Shown here: in pieces, positions 1-11,485 of the stretch | Numbering within the stretch: position 1 is the stretch's first letter | Layout of the letters: every line of letters begins with the position of its first letter | Source: Catajapyx aquilonaris | Lineage: Eukaryota | Reading direction: 5' to 3' | Assembly: GCA_000934665.2 (NCBI GenBank) | Contig: KZ538695.1 | Span: forward strand, 1 to 53,241 | Length of the DNA: 53,241 nt | The notes under the pieces: model-generated | Told to the model about the DNA's origin: nothing | Seen by the model: the letters and a program-made list of their open reading frames with translations, nothing else | The model's database searches: none | Translations under genes and position numbers: made by a program

Positions 1-1066
1 GGTCAAAAATATTATATATACTGACACATCCAGTTGTGAGAAAAAGTAGTGCACAGTAATGAGTACCTTCCTATAAAATCCTCCAGCATCTTGCATCAAT
101 ATGCGCCATACATATTATACAAGTACCTTATAGTGTGGACTCCATACTGTAGTATCACTCACTCTCCCTCCATTATTCCTTACCCCAATTTTTTAGCATT
201 ATAGTAGTACATGCCTCAATGACCGCCAACAAGAGATAATAATAAGTTATTACCTCTTGTATAGCCAATCAATTGATCGCCAATCAGATGATCGATTTGC
301 AGCTGTGCACAATAATTTTCAGACAAGTTTTAGCTAGTAATATCAGAAGCAGAAGGGAAACACCATTTTCTCCTGTCTGGTCATGGCATTGATAAATTCA
401 AGGTTTCGAACCAGAATCTTTCACATTCTTTAAACATTCAAATCAAAGCAAGAGAAAATAATTGGAAGATGCAAAAATTTAAGGAATTTTTTTGCAGCTA
501 CAGGTTAGGTCATGCTCGATTATTAGGGTCACATATTTATTACTCACTAAAACTGACGTTTTTAATGACACTGATGATTGGGAAATACTCGAGTTAGTTT
601 CAGCCAAGAAAAACACAGGCTCGGCTTCATGGCTTGTTAGCTCCTGCCTCCCTCGTAACGGTACCAATGCTATTCTGTGCATGAGTCTCTCTGCTTAGCC
701 GTGCCTGTTGCCTTGGGCTGCCACAGAAATAGGTTCTCCCTCCCTTCCAAACTATATAAAGTTGGTAAAAGTGCCTTCTCCACCCCTTCCCCTGAGCTCT
801 AGACTGACTTTCCTGCCTGGGCCTTCCTCCTCCCCACCAAAACTACCACCTGACATGAAGACAGAGCAAGAAATGCCCATGCTTTCCTGGGCAAATCTCT
901 CCATATGCCATAGTGACAGTAAGTAATATCATTGCATACAGCTGACTGGGTCCTGCTCTTCTCATTGTTCTTCCCTCAAATAATAGACTTGTACTACAAT
1001 TTGACAAGCTTTCAAGTGGAGTATTTCAAATGCCCAGCATCACTGCACCTTCAGAATCTGAATTAA

Positions 1067-1346
1067 CCATGAAACCGTGACGTGGGGTCTTTTAGGACCC
1101 CAAAGGAATTAAAATGCATTAAAATGATAATTACAATGAACTTTTGCCATTTAAAAAAGTATATAACAGGAAGTGCATGTTTATTTTGCATTAGCGATCA
1201 TTTTAGGCATTGTTCAAAGAATGATTGCATACACTGAAAATACACTGAAAAGTATTATATAAAAATTGATAAATATTAAAATATGGAAGGGGTCCTAAAA
1301 GACGGTCACGGTTGCCGTAACTTTCAGGCATGTCATGGTTCCAGGG
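1067..1346. mobile_element. piggyBac-type non-autonomous element (MITE)
   Basis: TTAA at 1063-1066 and 1347-1350. Imperfect TIRs ccatgaaaccgtgacgtg / ccctggaaccatgacatg (rc), plus a subterminal IR gtcttttaggacccc / ggggtcctaaaagac. Confidence 0.7.
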
Positions 1347-1519
1347 TTAATATCAGTTTAGTGAATAATTGTATGTGAGTAACAGTGATTTTCTCACATC
1401 TCCTGAACCTGACAGGAAGCAGGCTTCCGGTCTTATTAGCTACAATGACCAATAAAAACTACTCTGAAAACGACAGAATTCATCCTGGCAGGGGTCCTTT
1501 CAAATACAATAATAACCTT

Positions 1520-2365
1520 TCAGTTCTGACTGAAAGGAAGATTCATAACTAAACTCACTATTTCCTAATATTCCAAGCATATTACAAACAGCGTGTTAGT
1601 ACATACAGAAACATCCTATGAGCCCCTAACCGTGCTGGGGCGGTGGGGTTGGGGTGAACAAGCAGGTCCTGCAGGTGAAGAAGAATGTGCTTCACTCCAA
1701 GTATGGGCCTCCAGTTCTTCTCCATCACCGATATGCACACGGTTCCTGATGGGTACACGTTGGGATGGAAGACGGGGGGATCGAAAGTGCACTTGGGAGG
1801 AGTATATGGATAACTCTCCTTGAAGGTTAAGCGGAGTTTGTACAACCCACGTTCCCAAATCGACTGCAAGGTGGAAAGAAAGAAAAAAACTATGAATGAT
1901 ATCTTTTTCTTACACATAAAAATCCACTTGGTGAAACTCAACAAAGTGTGTGGGATATTATGTTCGATTTTTAAAAGCTCAGCTTGTCGATCAAGTTCAG
2001 TGTCCCTGTAAGGGTAACCGCTACCTCAGTTATATTGAACTTGATCCACCCCTCTGAACTAAAAGAGTTTCAACAATCCATCAAGTGATGACGATTGTGT
2101 CCATGGCTTTCCAGATATAACACTTACATCCTTCTTCCCGGGGATAGCGCACTCCCAGTTCATCAAGTTCCAAGTACCGTCGGGGTTCTTGGTTAGACGG
2201 GCCACGAAACCCTGTGAAGGATTAATTACTATTAATGCTAGTTGCTAAGAGGTTAACTAAAATGGCACAGAAACAAAAACACCTTACAAAAGGATGCTCC
2301 CTCCTCCACACAATCCTCTCTTGCGCTAGACATGCGAGAGCTGTTATAGAACTTATAGATGACAT
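1520..2365 (-). CDS. UBE2I: Divergent UBC9-like (SUMO E2 family) conjugating enzyme, 142 aa, C-terminally truncated; possibly a pseudogene
   Basis: Exons 2365-2288, 2211-2128, 1863-1607, 1529-1520, all GT-AG and phase-compatible. Translation [64 protein letters not shown]...[15 protein letters not shown]...RMFL|QN*. UBC9 signatures NWECAIPGK and [11 protein letters not shown] present. A 5'UTR acceptor lies at about 2378. Confidence 0.85.
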
Positions 2366-4553
2366 CTTGTGGAAAGCCTACAAAAGAATTTATGCAAGGT
2401 GAACCAACAAGAAGGGATACAGTTAAGCTCTTTCAATAGTTGTGCATTACATAGCTATACAGGAGACAGAAAACAGTTTGGTTACTGTCAGTTAAAGTAA
2501 ATGCTGCATTTCTCACATCTTGATGGTTGTCTCCAACTACTGCGTTGCAATTAAACCAATTTTGGTTGCTCTCCACAGCTGTCCAATTTCAGGACAGGGG
2601 CACATTTTTCCATAATAAACATCTGTTTTTGTCCACATAATATGGTCACTGGTGAGGACACTGGACTTTAACATTAAAAGTGCAGGCTAGAAATTATTAG
2701 GTTCTGATTCTAGAAACAATATTCCCATTATATACTGTACTTGCTTGCATGTCTGTGCTCTCCCCAGGTTGTAATCTGGCTGCCAACATGCACTTGTTAG
2801 TTGTCAAAATAATAAGTGGTCCCCCCTGACCAATGTTAATGTCATCATCATCATCATCTTTGCACCTAATCACTCCTTCCATTCATGTGGAACCAAATCA
2901 ACCCTACTGAACTGTCAAGGGTCTCTTATTTGACAATACATTTCTTATTACTCACATATATTAATCAAACTCCCACATGAATTGTATATCTCTAACTCTC
3001 TGCCTAGAAACTAATAATAATAATAATGGTCTGAGCATGGAGCATGTAACTTGGTACTGTTGAAGCCATGTTCACACTGATGAAGCCTCCCTCTTTCCTT
3101 GCATCATAATTATCCACTAACTGTTTGTCAGACTGAGCAATGAGCATGTTGGCTACACTATTTATATGAAATACTGGTCCGGTACAGCTTTGTTCAGGCC
3201 AAAATAGGCTAATGCTCATGTGTTCGAAGCTATCCCTCCCTCGAGCACATGGAATCTTCATATACTCTCAGACATAGAACCTCAGCGTACTACATGTATG
3301 CCCAATGAATATGCATAATTATTCACAAAATACAGTAATGTTTCATTAATTCAAATTGGATTTCTTTGTAAGTTCCAATGTGGAGAATGAGTATTCAGCT
3401 TGTACAAAATGAATAACTTACTGTCCAAAAAATGAAATATATGATATTTGGCTGCACAAAACAGGAGCTTTGAAAAAAGAGTACAATGTTTGAGCATGCA
3501 GCAAAAGTGACATCTGTCCTGGAACACCCATGTGGATTCCCATTATATTACCTTTCACACATTCCTATTTCTCTTGTTATTGTCATTTATTTTATCTCAT
3601 GTTCTTTCTTGTTATTCACCTGCATGTTCATCAAGAGTCTTCTGGGCTCTGGAGCATTATAGTTCAACCAAGCCATGGATTACTATAGTTGTCCCCCTTT
3701 TACATTGCCAACCATTACTGAATGCATCACAGTCATGATCTGGCAGTACACAGTCAAAGCCAAGGAATATGCATGTGGGAAAATAGTAAATGCCACAAAA
3801 GCTTGAGAAACCTTGAATATGGAAAGCAATGCTGTGATTATGTCCCATACATACATGGAAATCATACCTTTGTCTTAATGTGCATATTTAATTGGATTGC
3901 TGCAGAGTACTTTTCACTGCCACCTATGGCTGTTGACTCTGCAATTGCTGCGTGCAGAAAAGGTACCTGACATCATGAGCAGCCTTAATTTGTCAATTAC
4001 ATTGTAGGTATTGAAGTATTGTTGAAAGTCATTGTTGCCATTGTGGCATCAATAATACCCTCCTTTGTTTGCAACAACTTTAGTATCAGCTTTTTAAAAC
4101 AAAATTTTGAGTATGCACCCACAGTGGTATGTGAGATTATAACAACAAGACCATTATACTGTATACACTGCAACAGAGTGAAAAATACTAATGACCAGCT
4201 CAGGATCTGGTGTAAACCTGTCTGTTGCAGGGGGCACTAACTTATCAATTTATGCTGAAGGTGTTAAAGCGAGGCAGTTATTCTTTTAAAAAGGGGCACC
4301 TTTATGTTTAACATACAGCGCATGTAAATAATGCATTTACATGCTCATCTTTTTCATAAACTGTGGTAAAACCTCCCGGAACATTTTACCCAACTTCCGG
4401 AACAGCACTTCGCAATATACACGACAGGCTGCCGGATTTACTTTCCCGTTTAGTCTCGAAAGCTTTGAAAATGGAACAATCCTATTTTTTGAGCAGAAAT
4501 GAATTCGGAAATTGCCGACCCCTTTTTCAACACCGTACCCTATAAATTCTCAC

Positions 4554-4880
4554 CCTCGTACCTTATCCAACAAGTACGATCTCAGGTCGGCGATAATCTG
4601 CCTCCGATTCTGGGCAGGTGATACGATTCTGAATGCCGGGAACGGCGTACGGAGACCTTCCTTTCTAAGCGAAACCTCCTCCGTGTGAAGGTAAGAAGAA
4701 AAAAAAGGCAAAGATGCCGGGTCAAAATCGAACACAACCTGGTTGGTTGAACGCTCGGCCAATGAGGTAGAAGCTTTCAGCAGATAAGAATGAAACTCCG
4801 CTTCTCATTGGCCGAGAGTCATTACGTCACCAATTCTTCCAGAAATATCGATACATCGATACATCGATACATCGATATAT
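4554..4880 (-). promoter_or_regulatory. Putative promoter and non-coding first exon of the UBC9-like gene
   Basis: CpG-rich relative to flanks. Minus-strand donor AGG|GTGAGA at 4554/4553. Inverted CCAAT pair (4754-4766 / 4804-4816), CRE-like TTACGTCA (4822-4829), DRE TATCGATA followed by 3x CATCGATA (4846-4877). Confidence 0.55.
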
Positions 4881-5372
4881 TTAGACTATCTGTATATATA
4901 TTTCACTTTTTTTGCGGATCGTAATTACTAGAGGTGGTGCAGGGAGGGGAGAAGTGGAGGAGAGTGTTAAGTTATTAAATATAATTATTACAAATAAAAT
5001 ATCAGATACAGATGAGATACAGAGTCTGACAACAGTGTGTGCTAGTTGCCAGATTTACGGTGACCATATTTTGAAAGCCATCAGGACACCCCCTTCCCGC
5101 ACCATCCCTTCACGAAAAGCAAGTTATACTGTCTTGGGTTTATCACTTTATGACTTTTTATGTTCATAGACAGTTTATCTTTATGAATAATTATGTGACA
5201 TTAATTTTGTTCGTTCAACAGGCTCGGAAAGTAATGGAGGAAGATAGGTTCGCATTGTGATTGGTCAAGCAGGGTTAGAAATAAAAAATCCCGAAAATAT
5301 GAATTACCTCATTTTGCCGATTTTCGAGCTCAAATTTCTCGAGGTACGACTGGACCGATTTTGACATTTGGT

Positions 5373-6351
5373 ATGTCAATCTGTTTCTTGGATCATCCCC
5401 TATTCAGAAATGCATAAACCATTCTTTACCCATGAGGGATAATTGATCAGTGAACTTTCAAACGTATGGGTGCACCGCCTTATGCACCCATACGTTTGAA
5501 AATTCGCTGATCAGTTATCCCTCATGGAGAGACAGTAGAAATTGTCATAATGACAATCCGACAATTTTGCAAAAGTGATGCGATTGTCGCGAAATTGATA
5601 TAGTCACATCATATGCTGAAGTTATGCCTAAATTCGGCATTGTCGATATCGACAATATGGACATAAATGGCTTCATTCCGACATTTTCAAGTCTTTCCAA
5701 CATTTTGAGGATTTTCCCCCATACTTTTTTTAAAAAAAAGAACTTACTGACTCAGTCGTTGATGAAAAGAGTCCCGAGTTTTCAAGACGCAAGTGTAGAA
5801 GACGCTGTCCTTGGATTCAGAGAACTTGTAGACGTGGTCTGGTAATGTACAGGGATGTGCCTATGTTGGATGCAAGGTTGGATGCCCTTTTGGCAATGAA
5901 GGAAGAGCATCCTGATTTTTGTGCACAAAGCCTTAAAGCTGTTTGGTTCCCCACATCCAATGTGGTCTGTGAAAGGTTTTTTTCTACATTTTCAATGGTC
6001 CTGACCGGTAAGCGGACAAATTTAACTCTGACTAACTTAGAAAAATAATCCTTTCTGCTCTTGCATATGAAAATCCAAAATAAGGAAATAATTTATTTCC
6101 TTATATTGGATTTTCATACAAATAAATACTTTTGTACCAAGAATTCATCTGTTCATTCCAACAATTTGACCATTTCATTCCAACAATTTGACCATTTCAT
6201 TCCAACAATTTGACCATTTCATTCCAACAATTTGGGTATTTCATTCCAACAATTTGAGCATTTCATTCCACAATTCCTACTGTCCCTACCATGGGTAAAG
6301 AATGGTTTATGCACTTCTGAATAGGGGATGCTCCAAGAAGTAGATTGACAT
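5373..6351 (+). mobile_element. Degenerate DNA transposon segment with a hAT transposase C-terminal (dimerisation domain) remnant
   Basis: About 62-bp inverted arms 5373-5434 / 6289-6351. ORF 5845-6048 carries PTSNVVCERFFSTFSMVLTGKRTNL, matching the hAT dimerisation motif (S..CER.FS......R..L). Confidence 0.65.
6152..6275. repeat. 22-bp minisatellite, about 5.6 copies
   Basis: Unit ttcattccaacaatttgaccat repeated head-to-tail with no spacers. Confidence 0.95.
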
Positions 6352-6727
6352 GGACGTCATTGTTGAACTTTCCATTGTTATATCTCCGTGAGATTTGACT
6401 CCAGCGGCTTCAAATTGAGGATTTCGCAATTAGGTGTGGATACCTACCTACTTGATTTTTTCAGTTACATCGGAAGGGGTCAAGCCACAACTTTTCAGAA
6501 ACAGAATTGAGATGGAATGACCCAATTATCATTATTTTCCTCACATGAATGAAATTCCATCTTCGGATGACAGCATAGAGATCCCACACTGAAATTATCA
6601 CTAGACCTTCAGTAGATGTGTACCAATATGTGTGAATTTTAGGAACATTTTAAATCATACCTATTTTTGGAAAATGCAAAAAGAAATTTTGAAAAGTCCC
6701 GAAAAACGTATGTGTCCTGAATAACAT

Positions 6728-6953
6728 TGCAACATAGTCCTATGCCACATCTGGTTCATTTCGAGATAATGAAAGATTTAGATTTAGATTTCTGCAGCTA
6801 GACAGCAGATCCGATAAGACTACTTCCCGTATACCCACACCATCTGTTGATGGACCGGGAAAATTTTAACTCAGATGCTGTAGCATGTCTTTGGGGATCT
6901 ATATATGGCCTTAACTCATTTCGTCGGAAAATGTGGCATAGGACTATGTTGCA
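6728..6953. mobile_element. MITE-like element
   Basis: Perfect 23-bp inverted repeat tgcaacatagtcctatgccacat (6728-6750 / 6931-6953). No clear TSD. Confidence 0.55.
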
Positions 6954-7573
6954 CAGAGCCCCTCTTATTATATATCATATGACAGCCCTATTCATTGGCT
7001 TTAAAATGAGATCATTGCCAGCTTGTATCTGGAACGGTTCTCTGGGAAATCGTATTTAAAGATTTGTCGGTGAGCGGTTTTTGGAAGGTTTTGCAATATA
7101 TTATTGAACATTCCAAAACTCAAAAATCGATGACAGGAAAAAAAAAATTTAAATATATTTTTGTCCATGTCAGATGGGAAGGAACAGGTCTCCCAAAAAT
7201 TAGCCAAATCCATGGCATCAAAATCCAAAACTTATTATTTATTTGATTTGACATGGAATGACTCTCTTGTTTTTTGTTTTACAAGTACGTTTTGTCCAGT
7301 ATTTGACATCATTTTGTTTGTGTCAAACACTGCTTTATTGACATAAATATGTCCTGAGAAAATGTCATTCTTTATAAATCCAACCAATACACCGAATTTC
7401 ATGAAAATCGGTGATGTTTGAATTTTACGAGTTGACCTTTGGCCCCCTCAAAAATGAGTCACAGGATCATTTTGAGCAGGTAACTTTAGGTGCGTTTTTC
7501 ATCCCTTGGCGTGGGCTACCAGCAATGCACCGAATTTCATGAAAATAGGCGAGTGACACTTGGATAGTGTTCC

Positions 7574-10500
7574 TTGTCAGTCTTAGTCAAATCCAAAGGA
7601 GCAGTACTGATGGGAACACCCTTTCGCATCGCTGAAGATTATTCGATGAAGACACGTGCCAAGAGAAGACTTTTAGTCCCATTCCTAAAAGAAGCTCGGG
7701 ACCAAGGTAAAACAGCACACCTCCGGCAAGACAAAATCCTCATTGAAGGGCAGCTACTGGATATAGCAACAGATGGTACCGAATTAATACCAATTCATTC
7801 AAAGTATCCTCATCCATATACAGTAACTAATTCCCAAACTGCAATCCCATATATCAAACCAAAAGAGACTCCATTCACCGTTTGACATTGACAGGAGATA
7901 AGATCAATTATCAGGTCAGTGGGAAGGTTACAAGTGAAACGCTAGGCAACAAACCACAATCTCGGCAAAAAATCAGAGGTTCCAAGTTACAGCATACCCA
8001 AACTAATCATTACCCCCTTCAAGTGTCCTTCTGGAATATAGCAGGTAAATATAACCAGTGCATGGCAAAAAACACAATCACAATTAAGAACAGCTAAAAT
8101 AGTGGGCTTCACAGAAACCTGGCTTGAAGAGGAGATAAAACCGGCAGATAGTGATAAGAACTATTTAGCATGGCACTCCTTAGCCATTTTGGTCATGCAT
8201 CAGGTGGACTATGGTTAGCAGCTGACAAGACTCTAAAACCTGTATTAATTCCGAAATCTGAATATTATATTTGTGTTACAATAGTAGATGTGTGAACGAT
8301 ATGAAGTATATGTTACAACTGGTGTATCTCCCCCATTAATGAATGCAAACACATTTCGACAGATATTGGAAGTTCAAGCAACCAGTATGGTTGAATTAGG
8401 AATCCCAATAATTATTGTGGGTGACTTTAATGCGCGAATTGCGGAGTACCCAGGCTATCAAATTGAAGAAACAACTTCACAGTTGAAAAACGATTTAAGA
8501 TCTTCAAGAGATAAAAAGAAAAAGAAAAATAGTAGAGTTTTGATAGATTATTTAAAAACATATTCTTTTTTTATAATGAATGGTAATATGCCGTCAGATA
8601 CCCCAGGTTCATATACATTCATTGGAAGCCAAGGACAGAGCGTAGTTGATTTTTGTCTTTTATCACAAAATATTGCGGAAATAGCAAGAGATTTGATAAT
8701 CACATTAAGCTATTACTCAGATCATGTCCTGTTAACAGCTTTACTGGACTTCCCACAACAGGAGGCACCTAAAACAAAAATATTGAGGCATGTATTAACA
8801 TACCCAGAACAAGGTATAGATTTTTTGAAGGATGATATGAATGTTTCATTTAAAAATATTGTGAATAATGGCCAAATAATGGACATTTCAAAAATAAATA
8901 TGAAAGCAAGATTATTATTAACCGATTATGGCATTTTACATAAGACAAACATAAGTAACAAAAATCACGTCAGGAAGCGTTCAACCCCATGGTACGATAT
9001 TGATTTAATATGCAAAAGAGAGGAAGTAACGATCTTACTCAAACAGTGGGAAAGGGATGCGTCAGATGAAGCGAGGGTTGATTATATTAGGAGAGAAAAA
9101 TTTATACAAAATTAGCCGCTGCAAAGATAAAAAAGTACTAGGCCCTACTCAGAGACATTAAGAATAAAGCTCCTGGATACAAAAGACCCAAAATTATTTT
9201 GGGAGGTGGTAAAGCAATCAAAGAAGTATATAGTTCAAATAAACATAGATAAAGATGTATGGTGGAAATATATAAGTGAAGTATACAAAAATACTTTACA
9301 AGAAGAATTACACCCAGTAGAAATTAATTATCACCTAAATGTCCCACTTTTGGATCATCCGTTAACAAGAGAAGAGTATGAGGTAGTGATAAAAGAATTA
9401 AGACTGAAGTCATCGCCGGGCCCAGATATGATCCCAAATTCCCTAATCTCAGTGCAATCAGAAAATTTTCACGAAGCGCTCTATAAATTAATAGAACACA
9501 GCTTAGAATCTAATTCCTTTCCAGATGGATGGGCTCAAGCCAAACTTTGCCCCATATATAAATCAGAAAACAAGGATGACCCAGCAAATTTTAGGCCCAC
9601 AGCACTTTTTAATAATACCTTTAAAATATTTACTAAGATATTAAATAATAGAATAAAAAACTGGGCAGAGAAAAACAAGATATTACCAGAATGGCAAGCA
9701 GCATTCAGAAAAGGTAGGAGTTGTGCAGACCATTTAACTTACTAGCCTTACATATTCTAATTAAAAATACACAAACAAACCTAAGGGAAAATTATACGCT
9801 GCATTCATAGACTTAACGAAAGCATTTGATTCCATCGGACATAATTTGTTGCTACAAAAATTAAAATCACTAGGATTTAGTCACAAACTACTACAGATTA
9901 TTAAAGAGATGTATTCCAAAATGGAAATAGTGGAAGATTTCCAGACCAATCTCTCGATTAAAATAACGAAAGGAGTGCCACAAGGAGAATCTTTGAGTCC
10001 TACACTTTTTAACTTGTTTTTGGCAGATCTGGATTCCTTTATGCTGATGATCTCGTTCTTTTGACAGATAATTCGTTATATTTGCAACAAAATTTAAGCG
10101 TATTAAGATTATTTTTCGAACTCCACGAACTACAAATTAACGGGCCTAAAAAAGACAAAAATCATATGCTTCCGGAAAGGTGGTAAACAACCATATAAGA
10201 ATCTATATTGGAACCTGGACAAGATAGAACTGGTATCGTCGTACGCATACCTAGGAATCCCCTTCAAAAGCTCTGGAAAGTTTAATTTGGCTGCGGAACA
10301 AATAAAAAAGAAAGCTCTAGGGGCAATAAATGGACTTTGGCCAACTTTGATCAATTTAAAATTACGGGACCTGAAGGTAGCTATGCAACTGTTCCAGGCG
10401 CATATCACCCCAATAATAATGTACAATGCCCACATTTGGGGCCCAAACCAATTAGACACAATAAACCAGATTCAAATTATTTTTATTAAAAGGTTTCTTG

Positions 10501-11485
10501 GACTCCCAAAAAACACTGGCAAACTATTTTTATTTACTTAGAAACAGGAATAATACCACTGACAGTAACATTAATAAAAACGATTATCAGGAATATTGAA
10601 AAGTTAATTAATACTGAAAATAACAGACTAGTGAAGGAAGCTTACACATATTCACAAAAAACAAACGAAGATAACCCACAGACCAGAGATAATTGGTTAT
10701 TCGCATGTAAACACCTAGTTCAAATGTATGATCTAAGCTGGGATGAACTTTTTATAAATTTACCCTCAACAATTGAAACTTTACAGTCAAACGTTAAAAA
10801 CAAAACCCTTATGATGTTACAACATACTACGAGATATTTGTCTTACAAAGAAATTAAATTCAGTTATGACCAGGAAGAATATTTAACATATGGTCTCCCA
10901 ATTATACAGTTAAGAATGATAGCAAATTTAAGAAACAACTCAAAGTATGTACGTTTGAAAGCAGATTCAATTATGCTTTTTAATGAAGATTTTTGTGAAT
11001 GGTGTAACATGCGAAGGAACCACTGACAGCATATCACTTAATTTACGAATGCAGATACTTTTCGACTCCGAGAACAATCTTCCCAGATATCCACCCTCAC
11101 ATTACCATCTGCTCTACCATGACTTCACAAAAAAAAAACACATTTTTGCCTTATTTAAGTTCTTTCAGAATGTTAACAAACGAATTAAATTTTCTGCATA
11201 CTAAAGCAATTTTTGTAGTCCCGTAAAAGTAACTCATATGAGATGTTCCCCAATACTCAAATTTCCTGTCCTCTTTTCTTCTTTTCTTTTCTTTTTCTTC
11301 TTTTATCTCTTTTTTTACTACAAAGTGAACAAAGGCCAGTGTTGTTAATGAATAAACTAAGAATGAAATAGAGATATAAGGAATTTTGTAATTTTGTAAT
11401 ATGGAAACTGGAAATGTGTGTCCCCCGAAACAGGGCTACAGCCCTGAGCAAGGGGTAGAATAAATTTTAAAAAATTAAAAAAATT
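7574..11485 (+). mobile_element. Inactive, 5'-truncated APE-type non-LTR retrotransposon (ORF1 remnant plus disrupted ORF2 endonuclease-RT)
   Basis: ORF1-like tail RIAEDYS..TRAKRRLL. APE motifs FWNIAG, ETWL, GDFNAR, YTFIG...VDF, SDH. RT motifs SPGPD, FRKGRSC, DLTKAFD, GVPQGESLSPTLF and YADD (about 10040). C-terminal CxxC...HLIYEC. Several stops and frameshifts. AATAAA and A-rich tail at 11459-11485. Confidence 0.92.

Noticed and set aside
1438..1522. Selenocysteine or readthrough at the UBC9-like TGA
   Set aside because: The readthrough peptide (KVIIVFERTPARMNSVV...) does not resemble the UBC9 C-terminus, the codon aligns to Arg rather than Cys, and I saw no SECIS.
6152..6275. CRISPR-like array
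   Set aside because: Units abut with no unique spacers, the context is eukaryotic and there are no cas genes. It is a minisatellite.
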